A stretch of 52,939 nucleotides of DNA, filler included, from Ionaspis alba (taxonomy: Eukaryota): assembly GCA_964255285.1 (NCBI GenBank). It is 2 parts of 2 records of this genome, joined end to end, with 100 filler letters (N's around TTAATTAATTAA, not from the genome) between each part and the next. Parts side by side here need not be neighbours in the genome. Positions count along the whole stretch, not along the records: positions 1 to 26,424 come from CAXUUL010000146.1; 1 more part is not named here. One strand, written 5' to 3'. The first letter of the stretch is position 1. Every line of letters begins with the position of its first letter. This document shows positions 10,370-21,738 of this stretch, in pieces. Position numbers and translations under genes: made by a program. Below the pieces are notes generated by a model. It ran no database searches and was not told the origin of the DNA. It saw nothing but the letters and a program-made list of their open reading frames with translations.

Positions 10370-11628
10370 CTTGTTGTTGGATAATAGTTGACGGTCGCAA
10401 AAGTGGCTTGTTGTGAGATTGGAGACGGTGGGTAAGGATGTCTGAAAAGGATACTGTATAGCAAATCAGCAGCAGATTCAAGGAAGGACATCCAAAGGTC
10501 AAAGGAGAAGGTAAAGTATAGTACTTACAAGCAGGGAAAGGTTAGAGTGCGAACCAAGAATGGTGGAAGGTTGTAGGTTGAAGAAAGGAAGAAGAAGGTT
10601 GAAGGGTTGACAGGAGGACAGTGGTAGAAGAATGGTCCTGAGACTCAGTCGATCAGACGTGGGGAGTGAGGCGACGAAAGGAGAATGATTGGAGCTGAAC
10701 AGCGCAGGAAGGAGTATAAGAACGAGATCCCCACAGGGTAGGAGGATGCAAACAGGGAGGGGGTACCTCTAACAGTAGTGTCCGCTCTGTTCAGGGGTAC
10801 AACAGTAGAAACGTCGACGTCAAGTCCCCGTCACTTGAATCTGTCGAAGGAATGCGAGAAGAATTGTCAGCCCGCAAGAAAACGTGGAGGAAGCGATGGA
10901 GGTTGAGGGTTATCTTGTGCTGAAGTGAAAAACAACAAAGACGAGGCACAGCCAACAGTCTTAGGGTTACGTGGTAGATCCAACTTGCCCACGATCAAGC
11001 AGCATAGGACACTGTTGCATAGAAACAAGCAGTATAGACGAAGAAAAGACCGGAAAGGAAGGTCAAGGAAATAGGTGCAGCTGGCCTTATAAGAGATATC
11101 ATGGCATGAGACAATGGCACCAAACAAGTGCAGGAATTCGTACCAAGAACAACAGCTAAGTTGTCAATAACCATGCATGTTGAACATCCCTCTGAATCAT
11201 TAGATGGTATATATGATCCGGCCTATTGACCCGTTTGAGTGTAGAAGCAGGAATTTGTCAATGGACGCAGCCTATATTGGCATTTCCTTCGTTATCGAAA
11301 TATTCCATGGCGGCCAAACACATCGAGAATAGAGAACTTAGGGCACTGTGGGAAGATGACCTTTGCAAATGAACCAGCAAGGCAGTAACAGATCTTGGAG
11401 TCCAGGCTTGCGGTACTGCCTATGTCCATATTTTCATATTCAATGAAGTCTGTGCATTGCTGGAACGAGGGTGAGGACGGGATTGCAGGGGATGTCCATT
11501 TGCAACTACCCTGCAGGCAAGGCATACACTAAATCAACGTTGCTGGTACATGTGTAAGGGCAAAACCGCATAACTCAAGGATTCCTCGTGTGGAGAATTT
11601 TCAAAGTGGAGCATCTCTTCATCATACT

Positions 11629-12255
11629 TCAGGTTCTATCTTTCCCGAGGGAAGCTGCATTCCTGTCAACAAGCATATAATCGCTTCCTGTGGTCGACCA
11701 AGGCGACTCTGGCATGGCTCCAGGCATAGGAGGCATTCTGAATGAAGGGTTGTTTCCCGTGGCAGGTCGTGACTCCGACGCAGCTTGCTGCCTCGTGGAT
11801 GAGTCTTTCGCCGGTCGTGGTGATTGGGTATATTGTGAACGATCCGGCTCTCGCACCGTTGCCGGTGGCACCCGTGAACTACCTTTAGCGGGAGGAGATG
11901 GCAAGTAGGACTGCTTCTCCTTCAGTCGCTCCTCAGTCTCCCGAATGCGTGCTTCGAGGGCCTGGAGCTCGGCGGTTTGTGATGAGACCGCTTTCTTCCT
12001 AGGAGTATCGATCAGCATCGTAACCAGATCTCATATGACTTTGAATGAACAGGAAGACTGAATAGAAACCTACTTCTCCTCCACCGCAGCTTCGAGTCCC
12101 TCTAATCCAAAGGCATTGTCAAGTGCAGCTGAGAAATCAAGTGCAATTGTACTGGCGTAGTCGAATCAGCCTGTATAGTATGTAGTGGTCCACTGGGAAA
12201 CACCTTACGACTCCGGTCTGCCACTGTTCTTGTCTTGTTCCTCCTTGTCAGACAT
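11629..12255 (-). CDS. Fungal hypothetical coiled-coil protein (~164 aa, 3 exons)
   Basis: Exons 12255-12209, 12151-12074 and 11998-11629 with GT-AG introns. Product MSDKEEQDKNSGRPESTIALDFSAALDNAFGLEGLEAAVEEKKKAVSSQTAELQALEARIRETEERLKEK... Confidence 0.75.
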
Positions 12256-12796
12256 GTTGTTCCTCAGCTACAAAGGTTCTGATGTTCAGTCAAGGTAGGT
12301 CGACGCTTGAGCTCAATATATGAAAATAAGAGGAACGAGATGGTTCTATTCAGCCAACATTGAGCTCCCAAAGCGATATTCGAAGGATCGTGATCATGGT
12401 GATATGGGATCGTGCATGTGGTTTATTCAATCAGAAGACGCTGGGGAGCTGGCTTCCTGGAATGGACAAGGGTTGAGCTATGTTGTGCATCATACCTTAG
12501 TTCAGGAGGTCAGAGACGACCGCGTTTATTCGGCGCGTGCCAAGAATCGCGCCAAATCCAATCAAGATGAATACTTAGAAGGGAATGGCGTTGAAGCTGA
12601 TTAGTATTTGCAAAATCACAATACCTGGTCCCCGTTGGTTCTGCCTCGCACCTACAGTGTGAGAAGGCCGGACCAAATAAGAGGCTTGTCCCCATGAGAG
12701 TGGGGAAGCACCAGCTGTATCGCAAAACTGGCACGGGACTCAACACAACTGCTGGGCGACCGCTTTCGCGAAGCAAATGTCACTCGACGATGGAGG

Positions 12797-15685
12797 ATGA
12801 CCACAACTACACTGCACACTCCGCTTGAGGTCTTTCTATTCTTTCAGTCTTTGCGGGTGTTAGGTCCAGAGCCATCGAGCTTCATTAAGATCTCCGGGAC
12901 ACTCAAGGAGAACGAGTTCATCAAAGAGAACAAGGATTACCAGCCTGATCGGTTGAATCCCGACTCGTTGAAAGAATTGTATCTAGACTTACTAAAGGAA
13001 GAGTTGCATAATGAACGTATAGCTAGGAGTAGTCCAAGTCGAGATGCGAATCACAATCCGAGGAAGCGAAAGCTTTCGAGTCCTCCTTCTCCCCCGGCCG
13101 ACGAGGCCAACGAGCATAAACGTTTGCTACCACAGCTGGTGGATCGGCTCTATGCTCGATATCGGGAACATGTAATCAAGTCAATCGAAGACGAGGAAAA
13201 GAAATACCGAGCGCTACAACAAGATATCGAGGAAATAGAACGAGGGGAGTGGGACACTCGTCTGCAGCAGCAAGAAAATTCCACGAGAAGAGGATCCAGA
13301 GGTGTAGCATCAATACAAACCCTTCTTCGTGATGATGCAGAGGACAACGTTCGGGATGGAGAGAACAGGAAACAACGTGCAGAGCAGTTCGAGTCAAGTT
13401 CTCAGTCGGTCCACAGCAGACAAGACTCGGGAAGCTATAATGAACCACACGCTCGTGCCTTTTCTATCGGCAATAGCGGCGATGCAACGCAGTCTTCAGC
13501 TTATGTAGCTACGAGACCCGATGGAAGCAGAATAGCCGATCTGGGGATTCATCATTCTCGAGGATCATCAACTAGCGGAATCCAACAGGGCTTCTCCCCA
13601 CGGCTTGATACGATTCAGAACGCTTCAAGGCCAACATCTCAGTCTCGGATGGCAGATACCCACGCGCCGTACCTACCACCAATCAACTATGCTGCATCTT
13701 CTCCCACCACAGATACAAGTCGCCGATTACCCCCTCCACAGCAAATGGGTGCTCCACTTTCTGCCAGTCCTCGTCTGAATCAGCTACCATTGATACCGCC
13801 GGAACGGTCATCGGCCTCACCCATCATTTTGCCGCCGCCTCCTGGGATGCTACGCTCATCAGGATCTCCGGCTGGGCCACTGGATGCTCTTGCAGACATG
13901 GCTGGCCATCAGCACCGTTCAAACCCTAGTCTGCCGTCACCGAGACTGAGTCAATCTCATAATACTCAACCGCATCCGAATCAGCTTCCCCAACCACGCA
14001 ATTACATGCAGCGTCAATATCCATATTACGATAGTCAGACACCATATGTACCACCGTATTCGCCATATGGGCAAAGTCCAGGAGTCCCCTACCAGTCTCC
14101 CAATCAGACTGTTATACCATCCTATGCAAATCCATCTCAGGGCTTTCCGCAAAGAACAGACAGTGCATCGTATCATCAAGCATCTTTCTCTACATATCCA
14201 CAATACCAAGGATACCCACAGGCACAGCCTGTCTACCAAGCTACCTCGCAAACCACTCACATGCAGCAGAGCCAACCTCTGAGACCTCCTTTTAGCTCAA
14301 CGCCGGCTTCTACAGGCCCCAGTAAACTACGTGGACCGCGGCCTCCTTCAATCCACACTTCCGTCTCTTCTACCCAATGGAAGCGAACAGATCGTCCGGA
14401 GTCAAACGAAAGTCCAGGTTCGCCAAGTCCACCTCAGCCCGAAGATGTTAGTCCTATCAGTCCGAAAGCTCCCTCTCCGGTTCCAAACTCTCCAGGACCT
14501 CAAGGCAAACCCCCAGGCAAGAAGGGCAAGAACCAGCCAGGTTCCAAAACCACCTCACCAGCAGACGAGACCCTTTCCGCCAGCACCAAAACTGCTCCCA
14601 AACCGACCAAAACTCGTCAATCTCGAACTACTACCCGACGCACCCGAGCTGCCAGCACTGCTTCCTCCACCCTGGGAGCCTCCGCCAACACTCACACTCG
14701 CAGCGTATCTCCCGTTTCTCACACCGACGAGCTCTCCCGCGATCCAACTCGCTCCAGCCGCAGAATCAAACACGAACCACCTGCCACTCCCGCCGCACCA
14801 CCTTCAATATCCTCCACAAACTCCACACCCGCCCTCGAAGCTCCTCGTACCACCATCCGCCGCCGTGCCTCCACCCTCCGCTCTCTCGAAACCCCGCCAA
14901 CAATCCGCGCAAGCACAAAACGCAAGCGCGCCCCTACTCTCGAAGCGACACCCGATATTCAACTTCCACCTCCGACCCCGCAGAGCAGACCTAATCAGGT
15001 TCTTGCGAGCCGCAACTTCCCTCGCACGTCTGCTCCCATCATGAATGATATCACGACCCACAAGCTGGCGTCTCTGTTTGCGAAACCGCTCACCGAGCGC
15101 GAGGCCCCCGGGTATCGAGATGTCATTTATCAGCCTCAGGATCTGAAGTCTATCAAGGGTGCTATAAGTGCGGGCAGCAGAGCTGTGGCTGCTAAAGTAG
15201 AGGCGGGTGCGGGTGATGAAAGTGGTGGAGGCACTGGTAGTGTGGGAGGGAGTGTCTGGATCGAGAAAACTGCGGATGTTGTGCCGCCGAAGGGTATTGT
15301 GAATAGTGCTCAGCTGGAAAAGGAGGTCTGCCGCATGTTTGCGAATGCAGTGATGTTCAATCCGGACCCGAAAAGGGGACTAGGTGTTGCCTTCCGTACT
15401 AGAGCAAGAAGGAGGGCGGCGAGGGAGGCGGCGGGCAAGACCGGAGACGAGGACAGCGAGAACGAGGAGGAGGATGTGCAAGGGATGGATGTGGATGATG
15501 GTGGAGGTGTCGTTAGGGATACGAGGGAGATGTTTGAGACTGTTGATAAGGCGGTAGGCGGGTGGAGGGCTGCGGAGAGGATAGGGGAAGATGGAAGGAG
15601 GAGAGCAGGGAGCGAAGCTGATGAGTTGGCGGGGGAGGACGTTGATGGGGACGGAGAGGGCGGGAGGAAAAGGAGAAGATGGTAA
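12797..15685 (+). CDS. Bromodomain-containing protein, BRD8/Bdc1-like (probable NuA4/Tip60-associated)
   Basis: 962-aa ORF. N-terminal helical/coiled-coil region (LVDRLYARYREHVIKSIEDEEKKYRALQQDIEEIERGEWD), Pro/Ser/Gln-rich middle, and a C-terminal bromodomain (IMNDITTHKLASLFAKPLTEREAPGYRDVIYQPQDLKSIK...LEKEVCRMFANAVMFN) split by a Gly-rich insert. Confidence 0.75.
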   Translation: MTTTTLHTPLEVFLFFQSLRVLGPEPSSFIKISGTLKENEFIKENKDYQPDRLNPDSLKELYLDLLKEELHNERIARSSPSRDANHNPRKRKLSSPPSPPADEANEHKRLLPQLVDRLYARYREHVIKSIEDEEKKYRALQQDIEEIERGEWDTRLQQQENSTRRGSRGVASIQTLLRDDAEDNVRDGENRKQRAEQFESSSQSVHSRQDSGSYNEPHARAFSIGNSGDATQSSAYVATRPDGSRIADLGIHHSRGSSTSGIQQGFSPRLDTIQNASRPTSQSRMADTHAPYLPPINYAASSPTTDTSRRLPPPQQMGAPLSASPRLNQLPLIPPERSSASPIILPPPPGMLRSSGSPAGPLDALADMAGHQHRSNPSLPSPRLSQSHNTQPHPNQLPQPRNYMQRQYPYYDSQTPYVPPYSPYGQSPGVPYQSPNQTVIPSYANPSQGFPQRTDSASYHQASFSTYPQYQGYPQAQPVYQATSQTTHMQQSQPLRPPFSSTPASTGPSKLRGPRPPSIHTSVSSTQWKRTDRPESNESPGSPSPPQPEDVSPISPKAPSPVPNSPGPQGKPPGKKGKNQPGSKTTSPADETLSASTKTAPKPTKTRQSRTTTRRTRAASTASSTLGASANTHTRSVSPVSHTDELSRDPTRSSRRIKHEPPATPAAPPSISSTNSTPALEAPRTTIRRRASTLRSLETPPTIRASTKRKRAPTLEATPDIQLPPPTPQSRPNQVLASRNFPRTSAPIMNDITTHKLASLFAKPLTEREAPGYRDVIYQPQDLKSIKGAISAGSRAVAAKVEAGAGDESGGGTGSVGGSVWIEKTADVVPPKGIVNSAQLEKEVCRMFANAVMFNPDPKRGLGVAFRTRARRRAAREAAGKTGDEDSENEEEDVQGMDVDDGGGVVRDTREMFETVDKAVGGWRAAERIGEDGRRRAGSEADELAGEDVDGDGEGGRKRRRW

Positions 15686-15898
15686 TGATGGATGCGGAAA
15701 GTGGGAAGTTGGCTTTGGGGTCGACAGCGGCATTGAATTGAGCAAATACCATAGAGCAAAGAATGAAAATGCTCAGTTCCGGGTTCGTCTTGAGATTCTA
15801 GAGTGTGCATTGTCCCCACCTTTCACCACGTATCCAGCTAGATTCCAAAAATCATTTGCGTTCCTCATGGCCTAGGTTTGGGAAACATCCTACCATTC

Positions 15899-18171
15899 TC
15901 AGACAAGCAGCAATACTTTGTTCGGTAACGCACTCGCAGCTTTGAGAGCGCAGTCTTCGCAGCAATCACTGCTTTTGATTACGATCCGAAAGTCGTCGCG
16001 GCTCTCTGAAGTGTATTGAAACCAGAGCGTCCGATGCCTTTGCGCTAGATAGATGCAAATTCTCTGCTCGATCTTGTTATCGCGCATGTCGGCCTCAATC
16101 TCCCACGGATCGCCCGTGACGGTTGCAGCATTGAAGCCAAGAGAGGCCCTTTCCTTTGCTTTGACTAGGCATCCGCACGACGCTGTCCGTAAACAACGCC
16201 AAAGATTTCTATGGAGCTCCCAGTACCCAAGAGAGGAATTCATGCTGCCAATACCTTCGTATTTCATTTCAAGCCCGACTGTCACCTTGAATGCATTCTC
16301 AGCGCTTGCGCAGAACTCCTTCCTCTGTGTAATCCGAGCCAATGAGCGAGGAACGTATGATTCTCCTACATCAACCACAAGCTTTCGAGGATACGCTTGA
16401 CCCCAAGGTGGTCCATCACACACGAAGCGTTTCCGTTCGCCCGTCATGCTATGCGTGGGCACACCGTGACATATTCGGACCATAGACGGTCGCACGTCGC
16501 CAGGATCAACAACATTGACGCAGCCAAGCACAACGCTCCAACCGAAATCGCTGATCACAAAAGACCGTGCCGAAGTTAATCCTTGGAATTGTAGCGTTCC
16601 AAGGACAAGCGCCAGGATCTGTTCATGAAAGAAGTCTTGAACGACTGTAAGATTTGACTGGGCTCCTTCTAGCTCTTCTAGTATTCTAGAGTGGTAGTGT
16701 AGAATATGATCTTCCAGATAGTGAAGAGACACAGGCAAAGCTGTACACTCCGCCACGTTGTGTACATGTGCGAATGTCAGTGTCAGAAGGGTAAGCTTCG
16801 CAATGTGCCGGCAAGTCTCGTCTTCGCGGGAGGTAGCGGGTCTTTTAGGATACAAAGATGCAATCTGCCCGGCGACTCGCTTGACGCTGTCTGGCAAACA
16901 GCTCCGATCTATTCCACATTCCTGAACTTTCTTTAGGTAGGCCTTGGGCGCTTCCTTTCTTATTTGAATACCGTCGAAAAGAATGGTAGCCGAGTCGAAC
17001 ACTCGCCATGCTTCGATAGCGAGACCCCGGAAATATGTTTCTTCCATTGGCGGTTCTTCACCACGGATTTTACCAGATGCGTTCAGTGCCACAGCGAGAA
17101 CCATAGACACGAGATCCAGATACACAGGATCGTCATCGCGAATGAGGTATTCTTCGTTGAAATATCGTCGGACCAACTCTGTTCCCAACCCAAGCAATGC
17201 ATGTCTCTCTTGATCGAGTGCTTCGATTATCAAATCGTGCGACTCGCGGATGCAACGCAGGACAATTTGAGACTCAGCGTCCAACAGGAGCCATTCTTCT
17301 ACCGCCTTCGGTTCAAAATCAGTTTCTTGGATGAAAACGTTTGGTGCACCGTTGCAGTCCCCAAATAGAGTAATCCTGGAATGCTTGTCGGTTACCTGTA
17401 CTGACAGACCCAGAAGATAATGTGCCCAGACCACTATAGCAACAATCCCTCGAGTAGTCCTGACTACAATTTTTCGGTCTTCGGGCAGATGTTGCACCAA
17501 GAAAAAATAGTCCATGCCAGCTAGAATACCTTCGGCGGAGAGTCCTCTCCCTGAAGATCTTGCCGTTAGAGCAAGCAGGTTGTGGTTGTTAGACAGGGCT
17601 GATTGTCGCAGGTGGTTTTCAACTGCATGCACTGAAGAGTCAAAAAATGTGATATTTGTCTGTGAACTGCATGCTTCGAGTATTCCTTCGATAGACCTAG
17701 CTCCGATGCTTACCCCGGATCTTTTCATCATGCCCTGGGAGAGAGCCGAGGATAAGTCGGAGCGATCATAGAAACGGGACAAGAATGAGAGCTGAACAAC
17801 TGTGTGGAGGTATTTAGAGTCTCGATCTGTCAAGGCTCGATTCAGAGTCGGCCCTGCCCCTGCTGAGAGCACAATCGGCGAGTCTTTGGACAGAGATAAG
17901 ACTTTGGTGTCTTGCAAGACATTTGTTTTGAATTTCTGCAGAACCTCGTGTGAAATTCTGACACGACCAAAAACATCAGCCAGCTCTTCCTCGACGAAAA
18001 TATCACTGTTTGTCTTCTTGGTTTAGCTGACATGAGGGCCACATTTATATGCTCGCTTACCTTCCGAAGATCACTGGCAAATTTCTTAAGATCCGCAATT
18101 TTGTTTGCACCATACTCGACAAATCGTCCAACGTCAAGAAGCTGTATATTTAGCTGAACTTGGTAATTCAT
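15899..18171 (-). CDS. Uncharacterised fungal protein (~741 aa, 2 exons)
   Basis: Exon 1 18171-18061 (MNYQVQLNIQ...FASDLRK). Intron about 18014-18060 (GTAAGC..AAG; acceptor uncertain). Exon 2 is open from 18013 to 15899 (SDIFVEEELADVFGRVRI...GAGPTLNRAL...SDFGWSV...CCEDC). Confidence 0.7.
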
Positions 18172-19344
18172 TTTCTGTTCCTGCCAGAAATTCTGCTCGA
18201 CTTCGTCAACAACACTTTCTTTTCATCTTTCCAGAGAGAAAGACCGTCGTGGTCTGCTTATCAACTGGGCCTGAACACCCGATTTACTATACATTAAGAG
18301 GGGCTGAGCATTATTAGGCCCTGCCGCATCTTCGCAGGGTTGAGGTGGTACAAAGACATGCTAGAAGTGGACCGAGTGACTGAGATTTGGTGATTGAGCC
18401 TATCACGCTAGAACGACAGCTGGCGAGGCTGCGAGTCGATCAAATTGTTAATTGCCTTGCGGTCACCAAAGACCAGACCCACTGGTTTTAATCGAGTGGA
18501 TCTCCGAACCTATGCAAGGCTGACTGCTGCCAGAGATTTGGGCAGCTGTGCGGGGTACAGACAAAGAGCATGCATCCTGCACCGGATACCATGAGTTGAA
18601 TTACTGTAAGCGTTGTTTCATCCCAACCTTTCGTTGAGTCCTAGCAGATGGATGACCGACTTCCACTTGCAGTATGTCATTAAAGTCATTCCTCGCAACG
18701 CCTTGAGCCAAATCCAGTCGACGAATGTGCTTGGCCTTGCCCTCCGCAATGGGTCTCGTGCAAGATCGACTCAATTGGTGACTTCTAGGAATCACCAAGC
18801 GATAGCTAGTAATCCCCAGTGCCGCATGTACCGCGCCATGGGCTTCGCATTGTGCAAGGCCGGTAGGAGGCTGTCCGGCAGAGTGACCTCCTATACATCA
18901 AATCTATTCTCAACGATAGATTGGGTCCGAAAATTCTATAGCTCGACCCATCTTTGCTCTAAACACTCATGTTGCTCTTCGACCGCGGCCTGAAACAACC
19001 CAAGGATATGCTCTGCCAGGCCCATGATTTGGGGCATATCGTTGGAGTGGATTGGAAGCTGTCTCCAAGATTCCATACCCCCAGTGTTTCTCTCCGCTCT
19101 CAGCAATTGGAGGCCACTTCGGCACTCCCGCACATCGTGTAATATTTACGCTCCTCGTCAAGGTTTCAACAAGTCTTGCGATTCACAGACCGAGAAAATT
19201 GGCTGCTCACGCCCCATTCTTCCTGACGATCTGGGTCGGGGCTCCAAACACACTGGCCTAGCTTCATCAGAGAGCCCTAGTGATGCTACACGCATCCAAG
19301 ACACTTCTCGATATTGAAATCTCCATCTTCCAGTTGAAACCACC

Positions 19345-20760
19345 TCACCCCTTGACCGGAGCAGCAGCAATCTTCCGATCTTTCGTCCTCCCAAGTCCAT
19401 CCTTGGCATAGAAGTCCATTGGATATACGCCGTCGTTCCCTTTTTCCCAGCTTTGCCGCGCCCCAAGAGTCACCAGTGCTTCATACGGCGTCAATAGCGG
19501 TCTCGGGAACGCATAACCCCAATCGATGCTTAAGCGTGGACACGCAATCTGCACCCAACACTCGACATCGTCCATCATGGCTAGTTTTCCGGGAAAGATC
19601 TCACTGAGAAGAAGGTTGATGAACGGGATTCCTTGGTCACTGAGCAGATTCTCGATGAGCGTCATTGTATGCGGATTTCCTTGGCGGCCGAGAGAACCGA
19701 GAATGAGGCCCCATTTCTTGGCGGATTTTGCAGAATTGATGGCGTGCCGTCGGAGATCGTGCATCTCGCTATGGTCGTAGGTCTCGCGCGTTAGTTTGCG
19801 CGAGTAGGGATCGTAACGGTAGGCTGGGATAGTGGGGTTGTGAATCATGGCAGACTCGAGATGGAAGCGGCCGTCGCCGAGGTAGAGGATTAGATCGACG
19901 GCTGCTTCGGAAGGGAGGCGAGGCGATGTGCAGCCGAGGATTTCGCCCTTGCTAAGAGGCATGATCTGGGGAATCACGACGTTGAAGCCGGCACTTTGGA
20001 GGACGGGCTTAATCGTATGTAGAGTGGCGTTGAACTGAATGGTTCCAACCATTGCGATGGCCTTCCCGGGTTGGAAATTCCGCTCAAGTGTTGCGATCAG
20101 ATGCTTGGTATCGATTGAGATGTCGACAAAGACATAGAGAGTCTTGATCTTGGTTACATCGACGGGTATGAGACAACTGTGAGCGTAGTGAACAAGAAAG
20201 TCGCAGCCAAGGGCTCTGGCCGTGTAGTCATCGATGCAGCAGGCGCCGTAGGTGACATCTCCCATGATTAGGGTTTCGGTTCCAGGGCAGAAGCGGGTGA
20301 GGATGTCGGAGATGGTGGTAGCAAAGAGAAGGAGGCCTTCGGGAAATTGGAGCGCAACCTTCTTGGAGTTCGACGTTCGTATTCGATGGATTGTTTTGTG
20401 GATCTCGAAGGAGTAGTTAGGAGGAAGGAGGGCAATGGCGGCGTTGATTTCTTCATCGTCCGTGATTTCAGATGGGACTTGATTCAGAGCTCTAGCTATC
20501 CTTCTGGTATTTGAGACTGCCACTCACAAGTCAGTCAGACTCAAGCCTGATGTAGTGCTTAGATCGTCCATATATCTACCTTGAACAGTACCGCTTTCTT
20601 CAATTGTTCCGGTTGTTACGCCGTCCTTCTCAGTCCTTTCCGCAGCTGCTCTGCGTCCAATAAATCTCTTTTTCGGAGTACGTTGTGCATCCTGCGTTGA
20701 CGCTGCATTCGCTAATTCCACGACCATTCCAAGGTCAGACTGTGCTTGAGCTTCCTCCAT
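19345..20760 (-). CDS. DPH1: Diphthamide biosynthesis protein 1 (2-(3-amino-3-carboxypropyl)histidine synthase subunit 1)
   Basis: Exon 1 20760-20580, intron 20517-20579, exon 2 to 19345. Motifs [43 protein letters not shown] and [12 protein letters not shown], including the Fe-S cysteines. Confidence 0.97.
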
Positions 20761-21738
20761 GCTTGCTTGCTGGCTGGTACAACGACTTTTTGTGTTTTCG
20801 GAGTAAAGTTTCAGATAACGGACTTAAGGATGGTGAAGCCAGAACTGAAAAGGAAACGAAACCTCGGTTTGTCCCTGCCGAGAGATGTTGTGTATCACAG
20901 CCGGGTCTCGGCAGGGGAGCTGATTTGAGTCCACTCGAACTCCATCTTCTCACATATACTTTCCCTTGTCGACGATCGAGCTGCTCGTTTTTCTGTAGGT
21001 CGATGCTGATATATAGTTACGCTATCCCTTTATTTTTCATTCAATTTCAGGTGCTATTTACCAGGAAAATTTGTGCATGACAATGTCTGAGATCATAAGT
21101 GCCAGAATGCCCCTTTTTCTCTTCGTGTGATTCGATCTAGAACTTCCGGTAAACGGGTGATCAATCTTGCAAAAGAACACCATACTGGAGGACTGGTGCA
21201 CCTCACCGGTAACGCTGAAAACATGATCCTCATCTATCGAGATTTTCACGAGAATAGTTAAACACACAAGTCAATCCTTGAGAGCACATGCACCTTTCCG
21301 CACCGAGTATTTGCATCGCCTTAAGCTATGCACATTCGTCTTATCAGTCCTCGTGAGCCGAACCATCCCAATCAGCCTCACAGCAGGTATACTATATCTC
21401 CTGTGGTGCTACAAGAAACATAGTGCAAAATTGAAATACGAGTCAATGCCTCCAATCGTTTGCTTGAGCACTCAGCAGCATGCAAGGTACGTACGTTCAA
21501 GTGTGATACCTACACGAATCCATTGGTTTGCACGACATCGTGATTTCATCATAGCTACTGCGATGGTGGACAACTCATCAATGTGGGACTCTTATTTTAT
21601 ACGAGATCATGTAACCTACTCCATAAGTACAAGAAGTCTTCCCATCTTCTATCTTTCCATATTGCCCATCTTCTTTCCTGTCGTTACTGTTATACGATTT
21701 TGAAGAGGCCTTGCTAGACAAGACAAACAACAAGCAAG

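Noticed and set aside
18300..19320. Several 60-126-aa ORFs and a small hairpin near 18318-18341
   Set aside because: No coding signature or family motif; treated as intergenic or UTR sequence.
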